A stretch of DNA of 64,000 nucleotides. It comes from Octopus sinensis (Eukaryota). How positions within the stretch are numbered: position 1 is the stretch's first letter; every line of letters begins with the position of its first letter. Made by a program: the position numbers and the translations under genes. The notes below the pieces were generated by a model that saw only the letters and a program-made list of their open reading frames with translations, searched no databases and was not told the origin of the DNA. Of this stretch, positions 38,239 to 50,270 are shown one piece after another. The stretch is from contig NC_043005.1 in assembly GCF_006345805.1 (NCBI RefSeq), positions 99,572,001 through 99,636,000 of the forward strand, read 5' to 3'.

Positions 38239-39478
38239 ATAGTATACTACTGAAACAAGGAGACCAGATATGATCACCTTGCTTCAATAGGTGGAATAGT
38301 TGTCACAGTTGAAGCTAGTTATCATTCAGAGTGACTATTCTCCTACACGTATTGGAGAACCACCATGGTGTCTATGGTTGGATATGCTTCCTAACACCAG
38401 TAGCTTTACAGAATGTACTGGGTACACTCATCATGGCACCAACACTAGATTATTTGTCTCTTCCTTGGCCAGACTAAATGGTTCTTTCAAACCTTACATT
38501 CTTTAACCCTTTTGTTACCAACCTGGCTGAAACTGGCTCTGGCTCTGTAATACAAATGTTTTGTTTTCATAAGTTTTGAATTAAAATCTTCCACCAAACT
38601 TTAGTCTCAATTTATGTTCCTAACACTAGCTTAATGATAACCAAGTAATTTTACTAAATTCTTTGTTATATTTAAAGCAATTGAAAGAAACAGAACATCT
38701 CAAAATAAATACAGTAACGAAAGGGCTAAGCTTATCTGCTGTCCACTTTACCATGTGTAGAATGAAAGTGGCTACTTTGTGACCCAAAGTGCTAAAGAGT
38801 CTTTGCTACCCTATGCAATCTCTATTTATTCAGGACAACTTAATCAAGAAGATAGACAGGTGAAAGCACAAAGGTAGAAAAAGAATCAGGCTGAGAAGGA
38901 AGGACTAATGAAAGTCAATAATGGCAGTGAGTAGAGAAATAGAGAGACAGTAATGGGAGGCATTGATGGAGAGGAGACAATAATGGTAATGAATAATGTA
39001 AGAGAGAAAATTATGGCAAGAAGTCAAGGAGGAGAGACATTGATGGCAGCTACATGTTTGTTAGTGTGAGAGAGAAGTTAAGTGATGGTTTACAAGTGAC
39101 CTGATGATAATGAAATCATACCTGATGGCACAGAATGAGCGAACCTCTTGATGGGATAAAGTGATAAGCACAATGGTAAGGGGAAATTGAATATAAGTGG
39201 ACCCAGTGGCGTTCTTTGTCATCCTGGGCATATTGAGTCTAGGTTCAAGGTGTTCCAGTCATAACTATCCCATCACATTAGAAATATGTAAAATCACATT
39301 ATCTAATGTGGCCTTTTATTACTTAAGAAGGTAGAGAGTGATTTGAGGGATATTGACTGTTATTTGTAGCATGTTAAGAGACTGTACAGAGACTCTTGCA
39401 TTAGTTCAGTATATATATATATATATATATATATAACAACAACAACAACAGAATGAGCCACTCCTGGTTCCCAGCACA

Positions 39479-40378
39479 ATGGCTGACCCTAACATCGGTC
39501 AAGCACAACAACAACAACAACAGCCACAGCAACAAGAACAACAACAGCCACTCCTCAACTCTAGCTTACTAGATGATTCACTAAATGCCAGTATCTTTTC
39601 ACCGCTCTCACAGCAACCACCACAATTATCATCATCATCATCACCACCGCTGCCACCATCGTCTTCTATCACCAAAAATACCAACAGAAAACCAAATAAG
39701 AAACCACTGCCCTCTTCCCCCACATCACCACCTCAATACTACTGCAGTAACAAAAACTTAAAGAAACATAGGAAGCAGAATGCGCCCCCCACGGCACAAA
39801 CAAGAAATCCCCAAATATGCCGCTATTCACTGCGCCAGAGACTCTGCACAAATAGTGACTGCATCTTCACGCATCTACCCGGCACTAGACGCACTACCGA
39901 CCAAAGCCAAAGCACGCATCCCACAATAACATCAACACCACCAAATAGTAAATCGAAATTCAAAACACACACAACTCGGAGTCCCAAAATCTGCTGGTAT
40001 TCCCAACGTGAGAGAACATGTCTGCTGAGTGACTGTCCCTTCACTCATCTTCCAGGGACCAGACGCACAAACAGAAACGGGGCTTCAAGCCAACACACAA
40101 ACCTGAATAAAAATAAAAATAGAAACACACCATGCTGCAGTAATGCTGGTCCAGTCTTTTCAGGAAGACACAAAAACAACAACAACAAAAGTGGAAACTA
40201 CAACCCTATCCAACAGTGCAACCACACCTCCAGCCAAAAACTGCTCCCTAAGCAGGAAAATTCTTTTTTAGCCATGTTGAACATGGCAAAAGAGATACAC
40301 AAAAACATTCTAGCTATCACTCAACACCATCCTATGCTATTACCCCAGTGCACCAATTCCCCACATTGCTGCCACTAA
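39479..40378 (+). CDS. LINE ORF1 protein, 299 aa: polyQ/Ser-Pro N-terminus and two CCCH zinc fingers
   Basis: ATG-initiated ORF directly upstream of ORF2. C-x8-C-x4-C-x3-H-LPGTRR occurs twice (39818-39874, 39992-40048). Confidence 0.75.
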   Translation: MADPNIGQAQQQQQQPQQQEQQQPLLNSSLLDDSLNASIFSPLSQQPPQLSSSSSPPLPPSSSITKNTNRKPNKKPLPSSPTSPPQYYCSNKNLKKHRKQNAPPTAQTRNPQICRYSLRQRLCTNSDCIFTHLPGTRRTTDQSQSTHPTITSTPPNSKSKFKTHTTRSPKICWYSQRERTCLLSDCPFTHLPGTRRTNRNGASSQHTNLNKNKNRNTPCCSNAGPVFSGRHKNNNNKSGNYNPIQQCNHTSSQKLLPKQENSFLAMLNMAKEIHKNILAITQHHPMLLPQCTNSPHCCH

Positions 40379-40413
40379 CACACACAAAAAATCCAAGCCC
40401 CCTGCAACAGTAA

Positions 40414-43384
40414 AAACCAGCCACTACATTAACCTCCACATTCCTACTCAATGCACAAGGTGTCAGCCCTTCCATCAATGCACAAAAATGGAAGGTCCAA
40501 TTCATTGAAGACTGGGTTGGTAACCATTCACACCACATCCCTTTCTTCATTTTCACTGAGACCCACCTTGACAACTCCCACTTGGAAGCCGAAGTGAGAG
40601 TGAAGAATTTCACAACCATCCGCGCGGATCGTATCGGCAGGAGGAAGGGTGGAACTGCCATTTTCCTGCATGATTCATTTACGGCAGATGGAAATAGTAT
40701 ATTCTCCAACGGCTACTGTGAATCAGTCACCGTGCACAACAAAGCCAATGACCTGACAGTAATTGGGCTCTATAGGCCGCCCCAAACACCCATACTGTGC
40801 TTTAAAGAATGCCTCAACAGCATTAAGTGCTTTATTCAACAGTGCCATTCTAGCAACATACTCATGATGGGAGACTTCAATCTACCCTGTGTTGACTGGA
40901 CTACAAACTGTTTGAAACCAAGCACTCCCGCCTCAACCGCTGACAAAGAAGCAGCAGAGTCACTTTTCGACTTTACGAATGAGTTTTTCTTGTCCCAACT
41001 TGTCCTTGCACCAACAAGACATCAGAACATTTTGGACCTAGTGTTTAGTAACCACACTAACACTATACATAACGTTACAGTGGAAAAAACCCTTCTTTCA
41101 GACCATGACATGGTTCTCTGTAACATGAAATTCCACCAGCCGAAAGCTAATCCTAGTGACCTTCCTCCAGCCCACCCATTTGACAACATGGATCTCCATA
41201 ATGCCAACTGGGATGCAATCAGGAACGAGCTATCACATGTTGACTGGTCCTTTACACATACACGCATCTCCACCAACCATAAAACATCTTGGCAGATCTT
41301 TGTAGACACCGTCACAGACATATTTGCAAAACACTCCCCACCAAGACCTGTGAACAAAAAGTGCAGAATCCCCCAAAACAGAAAAACCATTATCAGAAAA
41401 ATAAAAAGAACAAACAAAAAAATTAACAAACTAAAGTACTGCCAACAGCAACACACACATTCGACGGCTATCGCACTGCTTGAATCCAAAAAATATACCC
41501 TCCAACAATGCATGAAGACCCTCATCAATAACCAAAGATCAGCTGAGGAGAAGTGGGCCATTGAAAAAATCAAACTCAACCCCAAAGTGTTCTTTTCATT
41601 TGCGAGGAAACGCAGGGTCACTGTCTCCACTGTAGGCCCTCTAATTGACGAAACTGGCACTCTCCAAGATAATGCCAAATCCATGGCCGAGATACTGCAG
41701 AAACGATACTGCTCTGTTTTCAGCAATCCTGATATGGCCGATCTGGGCTGTATCAGTGATGTCAACCCCCAACACACTATATCGGACATAACGTTTAGTG
41801 CCCCTGATGTCTTAGCGGCGATAAACGAAATAAAACACAATTCAGCAGTAGGCCCCGATAGGTTCCCTGCTTGTGTCCTGAAGGTGTGTCGACACCAACT
41901 TGCATCTCCCCTTGCTAATCTGTGGAGAAACTCACTGGATGCTGGCTATATTCCAAAAAACCTTCTGTCCCAGTCTGTTGTCCCAGTTTTCAAAAAGGGA
42001 AACAAGTCCCTTGCAGTGAATTACCGTCCGATCTCACTCACCTCTCATATCATCAAGGTATTTGAGAGGGTGGTGAGATCTCGAATAACCCAATTTCTGG
42101 AAAGCAAAAGACGGCTGATCTCCAACCAACATGGGTTCCGTAATGGAAGGGAGTGCCTAACGCAGCTCCTGCATCACTTTGAGGACATTTTGAGAGCTTT
42201 GGGAGAGGGCTCCAACACCGATGTCACCTGCCTTGATTTCAGTAAGGCCTTCGACAGGGTCGATCACAAGATCCTATTGAAAAAACTATCCAACATTGGT
42301 GTCTCTGGAAAGTTACTGAAATGGATCAAGTGTTTCCTGACAGACAGATCTCAACATGTTGTAGTTGAAGGGGTAAAATCAAGCCCAGCCAAAGTCAGTA
42401 GTGGCGTTCCGCAAGGCACTGTGCTGGGCCCACTTCTTTGCATCATTTACATTAATGACATTAATGACATCATCAAGCACAGCAACATAAAAATCTTTGC
42501 AGATGACTCCAAGCTACAGAAGGTCATAAATGAGGCGAGTGACCGGACATGCCTTCAGTCAGATCTACTGGCTGTTATCCAATGGGCAGAAAAAAAACAA
42601 TATGCTGCTGAACGAGGATAAATTTGAGCTAATCCACTTTGGAAAAGAGGATACCCTGAAACTCCCATACTCCCTTCCTTCAGGTGAAACTCTCGCGGCG
42701 TCCAACAACATCAGAGACCTGGGAGTAATTGTGGACAACAACATAAGCTGGGCCACTCATATAAACACCAAAGTTGACATGGCCCGCAGAATGTGTTCCT
42801 GGATTCTCAGAACTTTCCAGTCGAGAGATATCCACACCATTATCCTTCTCTTCTCCACTTTTGCCCGACCCCACCTTGAATACTGTTGTCCACTGTGCTC
42901 TCCCCACACAATACAAGGTATCATAAAAGTTGAAGCACCTCAAAGGGCAATCACCAAAAAGATAGATGGCATGACAGGCCTCGACTATTGGGGTCGACTA
43001 GAAAAGCTAAAACTCTATTCTCTCCAACGTTGTCGTGAGCGCTACATCATCTGCATGATGTGGAAAATATTCCATCAGCATTGCCCAAATGATGTTGGCA
43101 TCACCTTTAAGGTACATCCAAGGCTTGGGCCCCGTGCCATCCGCCCAAAACAAAAATCGCACTCTCATCTCATAACAACAATACGGCACAATTATTTCAC
43201 CTCAATTGGCCCCGCTCTCTTTAACATTACACCAAAACACATTAAAACAGAAACTGACCCTATAGGGTTCAAGAAGTCTTTGGACAGATTCCTTCAAGAA
43301 ATCCCGGATAAACCCCCTACACCCGGATATGTCTCTGTAAACAATAACTCTCTACTTGAGTGGGCCATAGTGCCCAAATTCTGA
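40414..43384 (+). pseudogene. CR1 ORF2 (apurinic endonuclease + reverse transcriptase) with a single +1 frameshift
   Basis: Motifs LNAQG, FTETHL, YRPP, MGDFN, LDLVF, SDHD, NYRPISL, QHGF, LDFSKAFDRVDH, GVPQGTVLGP, FADDSK, then DLGV and RPHLEY after an 8-A run at 42590-42597 where 7 A would keep the frame. Confidence 0.9.
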
Positions 43385-43493
43385 CTTGAAAGACTTCACC
43401 AGGTGGTGCTATTAAGTTAGACATGGCCTGGGCCAATAATGGCCGAAACCTATCAAAGTATCAAAGTATCAAAGTATATATAAATATATATAA

Positions 43494-43559
<66 letters not shown>

Positions 43560-43560
<1 letters not shown>

Positions 43561-44170
43561 GTTAATAAAATAGAATATATACATATATATAAACATATAT
43601 GTACGTACCTACCTCTACATGTACATATACACGCATATATGTGTACAGGACACCAAAAAGACGTCGAACACATAGAGAGACGAAACACATAGACACAAAC
43701 CAAGGAACAAGACAAGCAAAAAAAAGGGAGAGATACAGGACAATAAGCACAACGAAAAATCCCCTTCTTCAGTCGCTAAGATTTCATCTACTAAACGTTT
43801 CGAAGGATAAAAGCGAGACGTATACTTCGAAGAAAAATTCCTTCCCGCGAAAAGCAAATCAATTAAAATTCTGAGATCTTTTCGCAGAGGGGTAAAAAAA
43901 GCAAGACGGTAACGACAGTACAAACATATAAACAGTAAAAAATATATATATAAACAGTGGAAAAATAAATATATAACAGTGAGAGACAGGACAAGGAGAA
44001 CAAGATAAGAAGGGCTGTTAACGCCAGACGAAAAAAGTATTACAACGCTGGATTATCGTGGAAGACAGAGAGGGAAAATTTGTCGACCAGAAGCCTTACA
44101 AGGCGGGCGAGAAAGGACAGGAAAGCAGTTACGACGGAAGTATCGTCGCAGATGGATGACGGGAATGGGA
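43560..44170. mobile_element. Interspersed non-coding repeat with Penelope-like ACGTTTCG signature
   Basis: Homologous to 58530-59120 in the opposite orientation (ACAGGACACCAAAAA.ACGT.GAACAC, CCCCTTCTTCAG, GACAGGACAAGGAGAA). Confidence 0.55.
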
Positions 44171-44267
<97 letters not shown>

Positions 44268-44274
44268 TAAATAT

Positions 44275-44348
44275 ATACTTTGATACTTTGATACTTTGAT
44301 AGGTTTCGGCCATTATTGGCCCAGGCCATGTCTAACTTAATAGCACCA
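44275..44348 (-). mobile_element. 74-bp 5'-truncated copy of the same CR1 3' end, inverted
   Basis: Reverse complement of about 43405-43477 (GGTGCTATTAAG...GGCCGAAACCTATCAAAGTATCAAAGTATCAAAGTA). Confidence 0.9.
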
Positions 44349-44355
44349 TATATAA

Positions 44356-44386
<31 letters not shown>

Positions 44387-44439
44387 AATATATATAAAAT
44401 AATCTTATGATTTGCAACACTAACTTCAGGAAACCTACC

Positions 44440-46883
44440 AGCCACCTACCGATCGGGCCAACATACCAGCCAAATTGACTACATCCTTGCCAGGCAAAGG
44501 GAGAGATGGCTACTTATAAATGCCAAAACCTTCCCAGGCGAAGAATGCACCCCACAACATAGACTGGTAGTTAGTGACTTTAGGATCAGGTGTAGGAGGA
44601 CAACCAGAAGACGACCAACATGGAGAAGAAGGATCTGGAAGCTTAAGGATCCTGTGAATGGACAGAGATTTAGAGACATGTTACTTGAAGCCTTTGACGA
44701 AGTAGAAGGGGATAGTGTATCACATGGGGTAGAGGACAACTGGACGTTTCTAAGGGACAACCTGCTGAGAGCCACTGACCAGATCTGTGGCTGGTGCAAA
44801 GTCCCCTCTCGTCCCAAGGTAACGTGGTGGTGGAACAGTGTCGTAGACAGGGCTATTAGAGAAAAGAGACAGACTTGGAAGCACTGGAAGAATGGTGGTA
44901 GCAGGGAATTGTATCAGACTGCTAAAAGGGAAGCTAGGAGACAGGTCTATCTAGCCAGAGGGGAAGCAGATAAGAAAAAATTTGTCAATGTTCTGCGCCG
45001 TGAGGACCAAAGACTGGAGGTGTTTCGCGTTGCAAGACAGTGTGTGAGAGAGAATTGTGATGTGGTGGGAGAGAAGTGTGTTCGCATGGAAGATGGTTCA
45101 CTTGCGCTAAACGAGGATGCAAAGAGAGAGGCTTGGAGACGCCACTATGAAAGGTTGCTGAATAAAGAAAATGAATGGGATAAAGAGAGTCTGCCGAACG
45201 TTGACCCAACAGATGGACCAGCTATCAGGGTTGATAGTTCCTTAGTAGCTAAGGCAATTAGAAGCATGAAGACAGGGAAAGCCCCAGGCCCATCAGGTAT
45301 CACTGCAGAGATGCTCAAAATATCTGGTAGTGTCGGCTATAGCCTAGTCACCTGTATAGTTAATCAGGTGATACATGAAGGAGTCATACCCAATGACTGG
45401 TGTAGCAGCATAATAGTCAACTGCTACAAAGGTAAAGGTGATGCCCTAGATACAAATAATTACAGAGGTATCAAGCTGTTGGATCAGGTGATGAAGGTTA
45501 CAGAGAGGGTCATAAGCCAACTAATTAGAGAGAGAGTTAGTTTAGATGAGATGCAGTTTGGTTTCGTGCCAGGGAAAAGTACCACTGATGCTATATTCCT
45601 GGTAAGGCAGCTGCAGGAGAAATACCTAGCCAAAGATAAGGCCCTGTACCTGGCTTTTGTTGACATGGAGAAAGCCTTCGACAGGGTCCCCCGATCCCTC
45701 ATATGGTGGTCAATGAGGAAACTAGGAATAGAAGAATGGTTAGTGAGAGCTGTGCAAGCCATGTACAGGGACACTGCTAGTAAGGTGAGGGTTGGAAATG
45801 AGTACAGTGAAGAATTCCGGGTAGAGGTAGGGGTCCACCAAGGCTCAGTCCTCAGCCCCCTCCAATTTATCATAGTCCTCCAGGCAATAACGGAGGAATT
45901 CAAGACAGGATGCCCCTGGGAGCTCCTCTATGCTGATGACCTTGCTCTAATTGCTGAGTCATTATCAGAACTGGAGAAGAAGTTTCAGGTGTGGAAGCAT
46001 GGTTTAGAATCGAAGGGCCTTAGAGTCAACCTAGCTAAAACCAGTCCTAATAAGTAGGAAGGTAGACAAATCACAAACGCCTTCAGGTAGATGGCCCTGC
46101 TCGATCTGTAGAAAAGGTGTAGGTAGAAACTCTATAAGATGCACCAAGTGTAAGCTATGGACACATAAGAGGTGCAGCAATGTCATAGGAAGGCTAACTA
46201 GGAAGATGGTTTTTGTATGTGGCAGATGCTCGGGAGCATTAACCTCTGAAAATCTGCAGAAAACAACTTCCGTCACTTTCCAGGGGAAAAAACTAGAAGT
46301 AGTTGATAGCTTCCGTTATCTTGGTGACCAAGTCAGTAGTGGGGGTGGGTGTGCTGAAAGTGTAACGGCTAGAGTAAGAATAGCCTGGGCAAAGTTTAGG
46401 GAGCTCTTACCTCTGTTGGTGACTAAATGCCTCTCGCTCAGAGTAAAAGGCAAACTGTATGATGCATGTGTACGAACAGCCATGCTACATGGCAGTGAAA
46501 CATGGGCCGTGACTGCTGAGGACATGCGTAAGCTCGCAAGAAATGAAGCTAGTATGCTCCGTTGGATGTGTAATGTCAGTGTTCATAGTCGACAGAGTGT
46601 AAGTACCTTGAGAGAAAAGTTGGACCTAAGAGGAATCAGATGTTGTGTGCAAGAGAGACGATTGCGCTGGTATGGTCATGTGGTGAGAATGGATGAAGAT
46701 AGGTGTGTGAAAAAGTGCCACACCCTGGCAGTTGAGGGGACCTGTGGAAGAGGTAGACCCAGGAAAACCTGGGTCAAGGTGGTGAAGCACGACCTTCGAA
46801 CTCTAGGTCTCACCAAGGAAATGACCAGAGACCGAGACCTATGGAAGTATGCTGTGCGTGAGAAGACCCGGCAAGACCAGTGA
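44440..46883 (+). pseudogene. RTE ORF (EN C-terminus, RT, embedded PHD finger), frameshifted near 46043
   Basis: ORF-track pieces 44654-46057 and 46206-46883. The second frame is open back to 46044 and encodes a C4HC3 motif at 46098-46229. Confidence 0.88.
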
Positions 46884-46930
46884 GAACAATCAAAATCAAA
46901 TCATATATCAGAAAGCAGGGGTTAAGTGAC

Positions 46931-47420
46931 CCATCTGTTCGTGTCCGCCGTCAGCCTCGTCTGGCACCCGTGCCGGTGATACGTAAAAGCACCATTCGCT
47001 CATGGCCGTTTGCCAGCTCTGCCTGGCCCCGTGTCGGTGGCACATAAAAGCACCATCTGTCCGTGTCCGTTGCCAGCCTCGGCTGGCCCCCGTGCCTGTG
47101 ACACGTAAAAGCACCGTCCGCTCGTGGCCGTTTGCCAGCTCTGTCTGGCAACCGTGTCGGTGGCACGTAAAAGCACCATCCGTTTGCGTCCGTTGCCAGC
47201 CTCGGCTGGCCCCCGTGCCGGTGACACGTAAAAGCACCGTCCGTTCGTGGCCGGTTGCCAGCTCTGTCTGGCCCCGTGTCGGTGGCACGTAAAAGCACCA
47301 TCCGTTCGTGTCCGTTGCCAGCATCGCCTGGCCCCGTGCCTGTGACACGTAAAAGCACCATCCGTTCGTGGCCGTTCGCCAGCTCTGTCTGGCACCTGTG
47401 CAGGTGGCACGTAAAAAACA
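46931..47420 (+). repeat. Tandem repeat of about 61 bp x8 in the RTE 3' UTR, alternating A/B units
   Basis: TAAAAGCACC at about 46984, 47045, 47106, 47168, 47229, 47290, 47350, with a variant at 47412. Confidence 0.9.
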
Positions 47421-47589
47421 CCCACTACACTCGCAGAGTGGTTGGCGTTAGGAAGGGCATCCAGCCGTAGAAACACTGCCAGATCTGACTGGGCCTGACG
47501 AAGCCTTCCAGCTTCACAGACCCCAGTTGACCCGTCCAACCCATGCTAGCATGGAAAGCGGACGCTAAACGATGATGATGATGATGATG

Positions 47590-47594
47590 ATGAT

Positions 47595-47682
<88 letters not shown>

Positions 47683-47754
47683 AATATATATATAAATATA
47701 TATATAATATATAAATATATATATATATATAAATATATAAATATATATATAAAT

Positions 47755-47785
<31 letters not shown>

Positions 47786-47815
47786 AATATATATATATAA
47801 ATATATAATATATAA

Positions 47816-47847
<32 letters not shown>

Positions 47848-47873
47848 ATATATACATTTATATATATATATAA

Positions 47874-47927
<54 letters not shown>

Positions 47928-47930
47928 TAT
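47590..47930. repeat. AT-only microsatellite after the RTE tail
   Basis: Read directly. Confidence 0.95.
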
Positions 47931-49948
47931 TGGTATCTATTTTATCTCATCTGGACGGATGAAAGCCAAAATTGTCCTCATGGGAACATAACTTGCAGCA
48001 TAAAGAAATGAAACTAAACACCATTCTAACAATGTTATCCTAATGATGATGACAATGATGATGATAATGATGATGATGATAACAATGACAACAACAACGA
48101 TGATGATGTTGATTGTGATGTTGGGGATGATGATGACAATGAATTCTTACAATGGTACAAGTTCACAGATTGATTTAATTAATTCCAATATTTCAATGTT
48201 ATTTATTTTATGGAAGCCCAGGTGACCACATCAAGATTTCAAACTGAGAACATAAAATGACGTAAGTAAATCCCAGAAGGTATTTTAGTCAGATGTTCAA
48301 CCAATTTCCCTATTCGATAAGTAAGTTATTTAAGACTATTTAGTGTGAAACTGGGAGAAGGAATGAAGTGGGAGAGATTTATAAACTTTTAGTCTCTGTT
48401 CTTCTAATTTCAACAGTTCTCATTCAAGACAAATGCACCATGTAACAAGCGTTCTGAACAAATTATGTATAATTAACAGCAAGGGTTGACCATCATAAAT
48501 TTCCCTTTTAGAATCAGTCAATGTACATGTCAGTGTAATATCTTCATAGCTTTCTGTTTAGTTTATGTTTGAGTTGAAGACTGAAGTAAATTTACTATTT
48601 ACAACTAGTTGTTGGAGTAACTTTTGTTTCAATGTATCTTAGTAATGAGTGGGATTAGAGCTTTAGAACAATGCTAAGTTCCACAGTAAGTCAAGACTGA
48701 AAACGAAAGTTCAATTTTGGTGGAAGCATTTACTTCCACTGATTGTTCATACCTGAAAATAATTGGCCTAATTCAGTTACTGAGAGGAAAACTGGATCTA
48801 ACTTAGTCCTTTTTTGCTCCTTTCTTATATTGTACGAAGATGGAAGAAGCTTTTTTTGGTAGTTTTATTTCACTCAGCTACACAAATCAAGGAAACAAAG
48901 CAGGTATAGAAGCCAACAGAGTATGTATTTTATCTGAGTTGTGATGCTAGACAACACAACAATTCATCACCTGAGGCAAATGTCTATTCTCTGTATTAAG
49001 CATCTCTTATGGTGTTGAGTCCTAAAACTCATCGGGTTGGCTACCCCAGAACAGGATGTCAGTCCAGTGAACGTTTACTCTTTTACAGCTGAGCGAACTG
49101 GGGCAAAGTGAAATGAAGTGTTTCGTTCAAGAACACAATGCATCACCCAGTCAGAGAATTGAAACCATGACCTTGTGATTGTGAGTACAACACACTAACC
49201 ACTAGACTATGCACCTTCATGAGCATGTCTTATGCTTATATCTTAATCATAGGCACAGGTGTGGCTATGGTAGGAAGCTTGTTTCCCAATCACATGGTTC
49301 CAGGTTCAGTCCCACTGTGTGGCACCTTGGGCAAGTGTCTTCTACTATAGCCTTGGGCCAACCAAGGTCTTGTGAGTAGATCTAGTTGATAGAAACTTAA
49401 AGAAATCCACTGTGTGCCTTGGGTATGTGCTGTGGTTTGTTGTGGTGCTCTTATATTCACTGTATTGATAGTGCTATATGTAGGATGTGTGTAGTGCTTA
49501 GTAGTGCTATTTTCTATATGTTCATAAGTCGTGATGTTTTGGTATTTATGTATTTGTCTGTACGTTTTTCAATCATGCCTAATGCACCTGTTATTTTATT
49601 ATCATTATTATTATCATTATTATTTATTATTATTTTACTTTTAATCTGGCTCTGTGTTACAGTCACTTGCCATGACACACCCAGTGTCCTGGGGCAAGTG
49701 AAGGATGAGAGATGTTACAATATGACTGAAAGCTTGGGGAGGGGGGGTAGTGAAATATCTTCATGTAATATAACACAGACATTTAAATGGAGAGGGTTTT
49801 TCTAAGGATGTGGACACTACTTGTCAGCAGAATCTTTTGGATTTCTCTGAGACATGGTTCGCCTGGGATCTTATCTAGGTGTTTCTGACAGCTTCCCTTT
49901 TACTATTAATAATATTTAATATTATTATCATCATCATTATTATTATTA

Positions 49949-49977
<29 letters not shown>

Positions 49978-49983
<6 letters not shown>

Positions 49984-50270
49984 TTCACCTTAGCATAGGA
50001 GATGGTATTGTTTTCAGTCGCATTTGTTTGTTTGTCCATGGACAAGGTATCTCAAGAACTGCTGGATGGATTTGGATGAAACTTTCAGGGATGTTTGGCC
50101 TCATGACTGGCAAAAACTGATTAGATTTAGAGATTGATCTGGTACTGGACAAGGATTCTGGATTATTTTTCTGTGTTTTTACTTAATTATTGAGAGCAGT
50201 CAGGTTTATTTTTAGTATTCTTGTTTGTGAGAGCAGTCGAGTTTATTTCAGATATTCTCATTTTAAAAAT
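49978..50270 (+). mobile_element. Helentron/HINE-like repeat fragment
   Basis: TTATTACCTTCACC...GGAGATGGT hairpin, (TTTG)n and GGATGGATTTGGATGAAACTTT pattern. Confidence 0.45.

Larger units (their letters stand above)
39436..43475 (+). mobile_element. Near-intact full-length CR1-clade LINE (ORF1 + APE-RT ORF2 + (TATCAAAG)n tail)
   Basis: Two ORFs in tandem, complete endonuclease and RT motifs, a short 3' UTR with a GGCC hairpin and an 8-nt tandem tail. It sits between (TA)n tracts. Confidence 0.9.
44401..47590 (+). mobile_element. 5'-truncated RTE-clade LINE with expanded 3' UTR repeats and a (GAT)n tail
   Basis: Endonuclease C-terminus (NLMICNTNF, QIDYIL, QHRLV), RT (NYRGIKL, QFGF, FVDMEKAFDRVP, GVHQGSVLSP, YADD), RWYGHV, and the CCATGCTAGCATGG...GATGATGAT tail. 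Confidence 0.92.

Noticed and set aside
39479-40378. Host polyQ/CCCH protein gene
   Set aside because: Intronless and directly upstream of an APE-RT ORF within one element, so it is best read as LINE ORF1.
48043-48225. Met-rich ORF
   Set aside because: Translation of a (GAT)n/(CAA)n microsatellite.
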